A DNA stretch of 64,000 nucleotides from contig NW_003314357.1 of the NCBI RefSeq assembly GCF_000143415.4, positions 526,644-590,643 on the forward strand. The letters are read 5' to 3'. Positions 11,400-22,440 of this stretch are shown one piece after another (the stretch's first letter is position 1; the number at the start of each line of letters is the position of its first letter). This DNA comes from Selaginella moellendorffii (taxonomy: Eukaryota; Plantae; Lycopodiophyta). The position numbers and the translations under genes were made by a program. The notes under the pieces were generated by a model that saw nothing but the letters and a program-made list of their open reading frames with translations, did not search any database and was not told the DNA's origin.

Positions 11400-14300
11400 T
11401 ATTTGTAAAGGAAAAGGTGGAAAGAATATTATCATCTAGGAAAAGGTGTCTTAGCAGTATATAATGAGAGGTTAGTATAAGGGCTACCTAAACTTTCGCG
11501 AGAAGATCAGGTGTGGTGTAGAGATGCTCAGTGATCAGCTGTGGATGAATAAAGGAGTGATGGACTTCACAGGGGCAGCAAACGAATCGCGCAAAGAGAG
11601 AGCCTGGTATTTGCAAGAGGAAGAGCTGCTCTACAAGCTCTTTGGCGAAGTGGAGTCGCGAGTAGCTAATGATGATGAGGAAGGTTGTGAGCGCGTTTCT
11701 GGGAGTGGAAAGACGAGTGCCGTGGATGAGGAGTTCATGCGAGAAGAGGAGGAGCTTTCTTCGCTCTTTGAGGAAGTGGCCTGGAAGGCAAACCATGAGG
11801 TGGGCGATGAAGAAGAAAACTCGACGATTCTGAGAGAGGTGATGGAGCTGCTTGGTCTCACAACCAAAAGGATTTCCAAACTGTAAATCTCATCTAGGGG
11901 TGTTAAAACCAAAGAAGTGCTTTCTAGCAGTAACTTCCTACACACGACATTTGAAAATCGCAATCTTTGGAAACCCGTAGAATTTCTAGAGTGATTTCCT
12001 AGAAACATAGTGAGCTCGTAGTGATCTGTTTGTAAGCCAGCAAATCCAACTTCAAAGGAAACTTTCAAGAGCAAAGTCCTTCCTCTTGGCGATTTTGATT
12101 CCCCAGCCTAGTTTCTTGCCAAGGCACTTTGAGTCGAACAGAATGAATAAACTTGCAATTGCGAAAGGCATTCCAGTGAAAACTCCACCCTGGCCTGTAT
12201 AGAAAGAAAACAGAAAGAGACATCAAGTCAAAGAGAACGTACTGGATCATCTTGGTTTTCTACAAATCAGATCCAGCCTAGCAAAATGAAGCAAGGCAGC
12301 CGCAAGCGGGGCTATAGCAAAGTCGCCAAGGCCATGTCTGAGCCTACGGCATATCACATTGGAGTGGAGCCTTTTGTCAACATATGGCGGACTGAGGGAT
12401 CCATTGAGAGTTGCTTGGGCGCAGAGAACACATTTTATGGAGGTCTGAAGGTTACTGCTGTGCAATTGTAAGAAGTCCCTTTGCTCCTCAGGATCTACAC
12501 ATATAAGACCGTATCACCTGGCGCTTTTGTTGACATGTCCAATGCATCTCTGCACCGTCACAGCAGGATTAGGGCGTTTCGAAGCCAAAGAGATGCTAAG
12601 GGCATGCGACTTCAAAGGCTTTGAATACAACGAGAAATATGTTTTGATAAGCAACTTTGCTTCATTTTAATTGTTTCTATCCTCGTGATTGTTTTCACAT
12701 TGATTTGAAGGCCCAAGATGAGGACCGGTCAGAAGCTCGGTTTTGCATTAAATAACATAATCTGAATGTAGTTTTGAACTGTTTCTCAAAGCGATTCCGA
12801 GATACTTGACGGACGGATACCAAGTTCTGAACACAACCAAACCGCAGTAGATCCCAAGCTCAATAAGTGACATAAAGAAACCCTCAAGCCCTATTTATTG
12901 TGGAGTGTAGGAAACAAAAGGAAAATAGAGCAATTTATCAAGTGTTATTTCTTGGTTTTTTATTACTCTGCTTAACTATTTCCTAAGAATGCTAGTTCTG
13001 CCTGAGTTGAGATGCAAAGAAACATTGCTGCTAGACACTATGATAGAATGTATTTGGCAGTCTTTTGTGAACACTTATGGCAGGCATCCTTGATGTGTAT
13101 GCTGAAGTGTTCAGAACAACAACATCGACTACAACTCATACAAAGGTACTGAGCACTATATGTTCTATGTTTTGCCAACTTGCAATACGTTTTTTGTCTG
13201 TTTGGAATTGTGCAAAGATCAAGGTGTGCCTCCTTTGGACGAATCAGTGTTGAATGCACGTACGCAAGGTGACCTCCTTGAGCTGCAGAAATGGCCGGAG
13301 AGGATGAAGTACATGGATTGTCATTGTCTAGTTCTTTCCGTGCGCTGATTGAATGTTTTATTGGTATGCTCTTCCTCCTGCTAATGGGATGACATCATGA
13401 AGTACATGATGTCATCGCTTCATAGAGGCGATGCTGAGGATCGTCGTGGGTGACAAAGTGCTGACTTGGTCCCCCGAGTGATGCTAGAAAGGTGCTCTCG
13501 AGAAGGGAGGAATTTATAAGCTTGAGTCGTGACGCATCCATTGGCTAATCCACTGCAATATATAAGGTGCAAATGGCTTCCTTTTTCCTTTTTCAGTCAT
13601 CAAGAACTAAATCAATTGGCCATAGAAGTGAAGAAAGCCAGCATTTCATTGCTAGGTGCATCTCTCTAGCACTTTTAATTGGCATGCTCAAGGTTCATTC
13701 CAAAAACATTATGACGTCCAACAATCAGCACAACCTCGTTCACGAAAAAGAAACCCCATGACTCAATCACCATATGTGACAAGAGCGGTGGCTCCCTCAG
13801 GCGTGGATACAAGCAGCAGACAAGATAACGAAATAATAGCAGGCCTTTCTATACTGTTAAACTTAGAAGATGAAAGAAAGTGTTTGGCACATTTTAACGG
13901 GGCAAAGCTTTTTACCATTCAATTTCTCCAGTTTCGTGACTTCTGTGGATCCTTAAACCCTATATTGCAGTGCTTGCGTGGCAGCTTCCCGGTCGTGATA
14001 CTTGTAGCAAGCTAGAAATTGTCCTAGAATGCCTGAGTTGATTGGGTATAAATCACCTTCAAAATTCCTTGTGGTTAGGATCTTAAAATAAACTTGAATC
14101 TTCTTAAATATTCTAGATATATTCATTACTTATATCACTCAAATATAACCCAACACATGTGCTCCTGGCCAATGCTTGGGCAGAACCACCGGGAGACTTG
14201 GACGACCAACATGTGTGGTGTGCCACAGCTTGGGCTAGCCTCTCGCTTTTGTGTGTGTTTTGGGGCAATGGGGTGTTCACACCCCGACACCCCTTGTTGT

Positions 14301-15300
14301 GTTGTAACTGTTGAGTCCGGATCCAGGCAGGCAAAATTCCCTCGTGTTTGAACATGGGTGAGCTCAGTCGCATGGGGCTTAGCTAATACTTCACATGAAA
14401 TATTTCACACTCCCTCTACTCTTATAATGCAGGGCAATTGATCCAAAGTTGCAATGTACCTCCACAATCCTGTGTTCTTTTGGGCGCCAGAAAACACGCC
14501 TGCGGGACATGTGGTACCTCTCCAACAATTCACGAAGACTGCATTTTGGGCCCCAAAACATGCCCTGCAAAATGTGTGGCAAGAGAGCTGTTTGATGGAG
14601 AGAAGAGGACCAAGGTGCTAGTGTGGACTGTGGTTGTAGATATGAAGCAACAGATAGCTTTCATCGACTTTGTGTCTCGTTTGGAGAGCTACATCCGTTG
14701 CTGACAAGAGGACGCAGCTGAGGAAGTGCTCACTCTCCCTTGCTGCAAACAGGAAGGCATGGAGGTGATGTGCAGGCTCTTGGTTTCATATGACTTGTGT
14801 GAACTGGGATGCTACCTGGTATTACTCGAATTGCAGAGCTGGAATGGAAGAAGAGATGGTATTAAATGAAGATATGGAAGTGAACCCTGAGTCTGATCCT
14901 GAAGAAAAAGAAGTGAGTTTGTAGAGTAGTATGTAGTGAGTTTTCTAAACAAGCATAAGTCAAACGAATTCAAACGAAGTCAGACAAAGAAAGACAAAGG
15001 TTACATTTTAGGGTTTGTTCTATTCCCTATCTTGAAGGATGAATTTCGCGGAGACGAGCCTTGTCTTTCTCGTTGCGGCGCTGCTCGGATCTGTGAGTGT
15101 CCGCGTCCTCTTCAACAAGGGGCCTTCCGCAAATCTGTAAGAAGATTTCTAGATTGGAATCTCTTGGCTAAAATCTCACTCACACTCCCACCTAGGTTAC
15201 ACATCACATTGGTGATTGTTGCTGCAATTTGCTGCTGGCTCTTGTGAGTTCTTCTTGCCTTTCTCTCTCTCTCTCTCTCTTTTTTTTTCTGGATTGGAAT
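11400..15300. other. Decayed, probably transposon-associated region with unassigned ORF fragments
   Basis: Only short or interrupted ORFs (11524-11886 acidic, 12286-12650, 13160-13500, 14440-14880); no family recognised. Confidence 0.35.
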
Positions 15301-16163
15301 TCGAGTGGGAGCTTTGGTTCTTTTTTTTTTTCTAGGTGGGCTATTGTGTACATGGCACAAATGCATCCTCTGGTGAGACCGATTCTCAATTCTGAGGGCG
15401 AATGAAATATTTTTTTCTGGTTATGTGTATTGAATATTTGTAGAGAAATTGTTCTAATAACTCATCTTTTTTTAAGTCTTTTGTTTTAGCTTTACTTGTT
15501 TTCTTCCACCTGTATTCGACAATAGAAGAACACTCTAAAAGATATAAAGAGCATTACCTTGAGAGAAGAGAACACCAAACCCATCACCGCAGAGGATCAA
15601 GTAGCTTTAACCAACTTGCAAGGAAGAAACTCGACGAAGAGAGTCTTGTCTTCTAGATTGTCTAGATTGCAACTTTGCCACTGCGTACCTGCGAGATCCC
15701 TGGGTCGAGGAAAGGAAGGACGCGTTCGATCCTGTTAAGATCGTCTAAGAGCCGCTAAATTGCCAAAAGTCTTCTCCGCGCTCTATATTTCTTTCGCTGA
15801 TCCAGCGACGAGCCCCCCCTGGATGTTTTATGCACATCCTTGGCCAGAAAAGAAGAGAGAATACTGCACGAAAGCGGTGGTGAGATCCTGGGAACAATCA
15901 AAAGCGACACAAAACAAAGCATCGGTCTTAGCAAACCTGTTCCTTGGAAGTATCCGATTAATTTAATGGTGGTAGAGCTCATAGCGTTCGCTCGACTGTT
16001 CCTTGTGTAGCACCCGGCCAGCTGTGGCCCTTCGTATGTTGCACTATGCACAAAGCGCTGTATTGACTTGGCTCTCACCTTCTGTTGCGATGGTGATGAC
16101 GGCGAGGAGACGATGGAGATGATCATCAGCATCAGTCGTTGCAAGCGAGTGATGAAGTTGCGA

Positions 16164-17456
16164 ATGAATATGTCTTGGGTAACCAAAAGGCTGAGCTCCG
16201 GATGCTGCTACGCTGGAAGGAGTATGAAGTAAGTAAAGGGATTGATTGATTTTGTGCCGGCCAGCAGAATTCATACCTGTCTCAGGGACGACGACGAGAG
16301 CGCAAGGACGTGGAAGATTTTTAGCTTGAAGGAGCTGCAATTCGCCACGAACAACTTCAGCTATGAGAATAAGCTCGGCGAGGGGGGCTTTGGGAGCGTC
16401 TTCTACGGCCAGCTTGGGGACAAATCTGAGGTGAAAAAAATAAAACTTTGATTAGCAACAAAAGAAGAGCCTTGAGTCTCTTTCCCTACCTCATGTTTCC
16501 AGATCGCCGTCAAGAGGCTCAAAGTGATGAACACCACCAACGAGATGTCATTCGCAGTGGAAGTTGAGACGTTGGGACGGCTGCATCACAAAAACCTGCT
16601 AAAGCTGCGTGGCTACTGCGCTGAGGGCGAGGAGAGATTGATCGTCTACGACTATATGCCAAACCTGAGCCTTCTATCGCACCTCCACGGTCACTTCTCG
16701 TCGGACAAGCTCCTCGACTGGAGGAAGCGAGTGGAAATCGCCATCGGTTCTGCAGAAGGATTAGCGTAAGTTTCTTTCAAACCTCTTACAGCTTCATGCA
16801 TACCTTTTTTTCTTCTCTCCTGTGGCTCTCTCAGGTACCTGCATCACACTGCCAATCCACATATCATACACCGAGATGTGAAAGCCAGCAACATACTCAT
16901 CGACTCGAACTTCCAAGCTCAGGTTGCCGACTTCGGCTTCGCCAAGTTCATCCCCGACGGCGTCACTCATCTCACCACCCGCGTCAAAGGCACGCTGGGA
17001 TATCTGGCACCCGAGTACGCGATGTGGGGAAAAGTGTCGGAGAGCTGCGACGTCTACAGCTTTGGTATCCTGCTGCTGGAGCTGGTGACAGGTAGAAAAC
17101 CGATCGAGAAGATTGGTCCCGGCAAGAAGCGGAGCATCATCCAGTGGGCCGCACCGCTGGTGATGGAGCGAAGATTCGACGAGCTCGCGGATCCCAGGCT
17201 GGAGGGGAAGTATGACGGAGAAGAGCTGACGAGGATGATCCAGGTTGCCGCCTTGTGCGCACAGAACTTGCCAGAGCACCGGCCAACGATGCATGAGGTG
17301 GTAGCAATGCTTAAGTCGAGGTCGATTCCGGAAGAAGGAACCATCGAAGGCGATCTCCGGAAGCTGAGAATGGAGGAGAACGAGAACAAGCAGCAGCTGG
17401 TCAAGGAAGTCGACTCTGATTCCGAAGAAAAAGGTCCTCGTAGGCGAAGGAAGTAA
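16164..17456 (+). CDS. Receptor-like cytoplasmic kinase (PTI1-like RLCK), 4 exons
   Basis: WKIFSLKELQFATNNF, LGEGGFGSV, IAVKRLK, HRDVKASN, DFGFAK, GTLGYLAPEY, DVYSFG. N-terminal GCC could be palmitoylated. Exact start uncertain (in-frame ATGs 16113-16170). Confidence 0.93.
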
Positions 17457-17475
17457 GCCGGAACGTCAATGGTCG

Positions 17476-20253
17476 CTAGTGGTGACTTTGCCTGCACATG
17501 TCTTGTATCTGGACCAGTTCCTCAAGCATTCCAGCACCGGCATAGATGTTGGACATTAGCACATAAGCCGTCGCATTCTTCGCATCCAGTTTCATGAGTG
17601 ACTCGAAAGCCAACCTCCCAGCATCCACGTTCTTCCACTTCTCAGCAGCGGCCAAAAGCACCATCCATATCACCACGTCTGCTTTGCCCGGCATGCTCTG
17701 GATCATGGTCACGGCCTCGTCCAGCTGGTTTGCCCGGCCCAACATATCCACCATGCACGAGTAATGCTGCCGGCTTGGACTTATTCCAAACTTGTTAGAG
17801 CTCATTGCCTGGAAGTACTCCTTTCCCTTGTCCACAAGCCCCGCGTGGCTGCACGCGCTGAGAAGTGTGAGGAACGTAACATCGTCGGGTTGAACTCGAT
17901 GCCGCTGCATGTCCTCGAACAGCTGAAAAACACGCTGCGTCTGTCCGATGGAGCTGTAGCCTGCCATCAGTGCAGCCCACGTAACTTGCGTCTTCGCAGA
18001 AACGGAGCTAAAAACCCGCTCGGCCTCGGGCATGCTCCCACACTTACAGTAAAAGTCGAGGAGAGAGTTCAGCACCATAGTGTCAGTGTCAAGTCCGGCA
18101 CTACGAACGTCGGCTTCGATCTGCTTCCCTGTTTCCAGCGCCCCCAGCGCACCACAAGCCTTGAAAGCACCTGTGAAAGTCACGGCGTCTGGCAAACACG
18201 AGTTTTTGTCGTCTCTCATCTTTGCATAAAGCTGTAGAGCAATCTCGGACTCTCCTGCCTGTGCATATCCCAGAATTATGCAGTTCCAAGAAACCACGCT
18301 CCTTTCCTGCATACTCTCGAACACCTGCCGAGCATCCCCCATACTTCCGCACTTCGCGTACGTGTCCACCAGCGTGTTGAGCATTGCCGGATCCAGTATG
18401 TCCAGGCTCTCTGCAGCTCTCTTATGAATAGTCCTGCCTCGTTGTAAGCACTCTTGCTTCACAGCTCTCCCATCGACGACCTTGGCTTCTTCTTGTTCAG
18501 CAGAGCTCGCGCAGGCCTTCAAAGCAGCAATAAAAGTGATGCGATCCGGAGGATGATCTTCGTCCCTCATGCACGAGAACATCTCAAGAGCCGCGTCTCC
18601 GTTGCCACACTTGGCAAAACCATGTATGAGACAGTTCCAGGAGACAACGTCGTGACGCCTCATAAACTGGAAAACTCGAAGAGCATCTTCCAAGCTGCCA
18701 CATTTCGCGTACATGTCGATCAGAGTGTTCGCCACAGACTGGTTCATCTCCACGCTAATTCTGGCAGCTTCAGCATGGATACTCTTGCCTTTCCAAATGC
18801 ACTCCGTCCTGGCAACTGTTCCTGAAGCGAACGCTTTCTCAGCAACACCTGTGCATGCTTTGAGAGCAGCCAGAATTGTCACGAGGTTGGCTGCACAACC
18901 TTCGTCTTTCATACGAGCATAAAGCTCCAGTGCCACTTCGCATTCCCCGTTCTGAGCATACCCGAGAATGAGTACTGTCCATGAAACCACGGTATGCTGC
19001 TCCATTTTCTCAAAAACTTGACGAGCATCCACCATGCTCCCACACTTCGCATAAGAATCAACAAGAGTATTCGCCAGGACAACGTCCACCAAACAGTTGC
19101 TAGCAGCTAGAGTGTGAATGGCTCTCACTCTGCGGAGGTTGACAAACATCCCATTTCTCTCTTCTCCTTCTGCCAAACAAGCGCAGGCCTTCAATGCTGC
19201 TACGAGTGTCACTGTATCCGCTTTGAAGCCTCTACTTTGCATAAGTTCGTAATAATCTAGTGCCTGTTCACCCTGCCCGCTTTCGGCATAACCTTGAATA
19301 AGGCAGTTCCAGGAGACCACACTGTGATGCTGGATTTTGTCGAAAACCTGTTGAGCATCTGCCATGCTCCCACACTTCGAGTAAACATCGATCAGACTGT
19401 TCGCCACGAAAAGGTCCAGCTCGGCCTCGTTGCCAGTTACTTGAGGGTGTAAAGCTCTGACCCTTCCCAGGCACTTCACCTTGAGATGTTTGCCACCGAG
19501 TAGTTCATTGTCTTCTTTCTCTGCCAGACTAGCACACGCTTTCAGCGCAGCCAGGATGCTGACTCTGTTGCATTTGTGGCCCTCGTCTTGCATTCTTGAA
19601 TAAAGCTTGAGAGCCAGTTCCCCTTCCCCAGAGTTTGCATATCCCTGGACAATTGCAGTCCATGAAACTACGTCGCGGTGCTTCATGCTGTCGAACAGCT
19701 GCCGAGCCTCAGCCATGCTCCCGCACTTTGCATACATGTCAATCAAAGTGTTAGAGATGAATATGTTGGAGAGTTCACCACTGTCAACTACGTCCTTATG
19801 AATCTTCTTACCCGCTTGGAGATCTCGTGAGCTGCTACAGACCTTCAACGCAGCGAGGATTGACCCAGTAGCCGGCTTTACTCCATCGTCTAGCAATTTG
19901 AGATATGCCGCCAGCGAGTGCTTGCCAACTTCTTTCTTCCTCACCGAGCTTCCAACACATGATTTTCGAAACTGAACTTCACTGCACGATGTCTGAGTCA
20001 GAGTCGACAGTTTTGGTGCCACCCATTTGGGAGTCCGGGAATTGATCCAGAGACTAGCTCCGCTTGTTGCATGCTTGAAGTCTGGAAATCTCGGATTACT
20101 CTGGAAAAGGAAAAGAGACAGAAGATATCTATTCAGTACTTATGAGATAGAACCAAGAATTACCTTCACAGTTCTATTGTCCCACCAGGAAGATGGGTCT
20201 TCAAAGAATAGCTGCCATAGCTGCTCCTCGGTATTGGCTTTCACCATTTGTGC
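17476..20253 (-). CDS. PLS-class PPR protein (E subclass, no DYW) with an N-terminal OSB-type PDF motif; further 5' exons possible to 21053
   Basis: Repeated P-L-S motifs (NTLIDMYAKCGS...VVSWN..I.GYA), E1/E2 end AYVLMSNIYAGAG. Exon 20253-20164 + 63-nt intron + exon from 20100 gives LWQLFFEDPSSWWDNRTVK|SNPRFPDFKH in frame with the PPR ORF. Confidence 0.9.
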
Positions 20254-21156
20254 CTACAGTGGAAGTGAAGAACCATTCCAGACGGGCCCAAATTGTGCAA
20301 AGTAAAACCCAATGAATGAATAGCGAACCTTAATGAAACAATCTCAGCTTGAATTTCAAAAACGTTTAAGAGTCATCTTTGGACAAAATGACGCGATGGC
20401 TTACTCACCCCGGGAATCATCGAGGCTGCGCTGAGCCGAGTTCTAACAACACACCGCGATCATGAGAGCCGAAAAAGTGAGAGATTTTTCAAAACGAGAA
20501 AAGAAATGAAAGATGAAAAGCAGCTATAGCCTCTCCAGCAATCAAGAACAATTCGTCAAGGCAGCCGCACCATCAGGTGTCATCAAGATCATCTAAGCAG
20601 GTAAAAAAAATTGCAATGTCATTTAGGGGCGCTGGAAACATCACTATGTGCCTTCATCATCTACACACACGAGCACACACACAAATACTTTGGCATGAAC
20701 ATAGAAGATTTGGAAAAAAATTCCACATACGAACTCCAATGCATGAATGCTCAGGAAAACAAGAAAAAAAGTTCACCATTTCACGTACCTTGAAACAACG
20801 CAAACGAAGTGAAATTCCCTCCAGCGCTCAATCTCGCGACCAGACGAGCTTGCGCGGTCGCATTGTGGAACGGGATGGAGAAATGCGCCGCGGAGGAGGC
20901 AGCAGCTCGAAATCTGCGAGACTGAGGCTATGGAATAGAAAACAACACGAAATATCTACACCTTGTCACCGATCGAGACGCAATGTAGGATCTTGGAATG
21001 GAATCGGCAGTAGCTTTCCTCGCGGCCGAGGCGAGCGCTCTCCCCAGCGCCATCAAATCCTCCGCAAGAACCCTATCTAAAACCCTAGAAAGAAAAACGA
21101 GAACGTCGAGACTTTAAAATTTCAAACAAAAAAAGAGGCCACATTCTTTAGATCGT

Positions 21157-21708
21157 CTAAGCTTGGGCTTTGGCGGCTTGCTTCTCCTTCGCCTTTTGGA
21201 CCTTGAGGACCTTCTTCACGATCTTTTGCTCCTCCACCAAGAAAGCTCGCATGATCCTGGAAGAACCAAAGTTTTTATTTTGAGAGATCCCATTGACAGA
21301 TCGATCGATACTTTACCTCTCGCGCACTGCCGACGCGGACATGGATCCACCGTAGGCCCTGCTGATGGATTTCTTGTGCCTAGCAATGCGAGAGCGCTTA
21401 TACTCCATCGGCCTTAGACGAGGAACCTAGCACAGATCAAAGAGCTAGCGCTAAGCAGCGAGAAAGCGAGAGAATCGAGATGCCTTACCCCGATGATGGG
21501 CTTCTTGGTGATCGCGCATCGCGGCCCCTTCGCCTTCTTCGTCGCGGTCTGGTAGACGAGACGCCCACCTGAGAGAAATCCGTGAGAATGCATCGATCGA
21601 GAACGAGAGAGAGGGGAGGAGAGACTTACCCGGCGTTCTCACGACCTTGGTCTGGTTGGATCTGGTCGCATAGCTGTGGCGCCTCCGGTAAGTCAGCCGC
21701 TGCGCCAT
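21157..21708 (-). CDS. RPL34: 60S ribosomal protein eL34
   Basis: [27 protein letters not shown] ... RAYGGSMS ... [16 protein letters not shown]; 4 exons. Confidence 0.96.
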
Positions 21709-21844
21709 CGCTCTCTCGCCGCCTCGCCAAGAGAAATTAGGGCTTAGGGTTCTTGCTCAAAAGATCTCCGCCGTCCATTTTCTGGCTATGGCGTTTTTAG
21801 GGTTAGGGATTACGAGCGAGCGAAGCGCGCTTCGCCAGGGAAGT
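21709..21844. promoter_or_regulatory. Bidirectional promoter of RPL34 and PAM18 with telo-box-like motifs
   Basis: 136 nt between divergent ATGs; TTAGGG(T/C)T repeats near 21737 and 21797. Confidence 0.6.
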
Positions 21845-22281
21845 ATGGTGAGTGAATGGGATCGATCGATCAGCGTGCTGATGCCCCAATCTCGCAGGCT
21901 ACGCCATTCATTGCTGGAGTTGCGATCGCCGCAGCTGCGATAGCTGGGAAGTATGGGGTTGAGGCATGGCACGCGTTCCGGACGCGACCGGCAGTGCCGC
22001 GATTGCGAAAATTCTACGAGGGCGGTTTCCAGCCGACGATGACGAGACGAGAAGCCGCGCTGATCCTTGGCGTGAGGTAAGGGTTTTTCCTCTCTCGATT
22101 CGAGTCCAAAGCTCTTGCGGACAGGGAAAGCGTCGCCCAGGAGAAGATCAAAGAGGCGCACAGGAAAGTGATGGTCGCGAATCATCCAGATGCTGGAGGG
22201 AGCGATTACCTCGCGACGAAGATCAACGAGGCCAAGGACGTGTTGCTCGGGCAGAGAAGGGGCAGTGGATCGGCATTCTAA
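21845..22281 (+). CDS. TIM14: Mitochondrial import motor J-protein PAM18/TIM14
   Basis: ATG|GTGAGT first exon, then [54 protein letters not shown] (HPD). Confidence 0.95.
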
Positions 22282-22440
22282 AGCTAGGTGTCTGTGTACA
22301 AAGATTTTTGCTAAAGATGAATAGTGACCGTTCGATCGGTGGGAATAAAGGAGAATAAACCTTGGAATTAAATGCTAGCCGTCCAATGAGAGTTTAGGGT
22401 TTATCACTCTGGTTTGATTTTAGGGCTCTTGGAGTGCGCG

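Noticed and set aside
14270-14295. GGGGTG-TTCA-CACCCC hairpin
   Set aside because: No CTRR at Helitron spacing and no other copy seen.
14920-15230. Possible solo LTR (TG...CA followed by TTGGT)
   Set aside because: No second copy, convincing primer-binding site or target-site duplication found.
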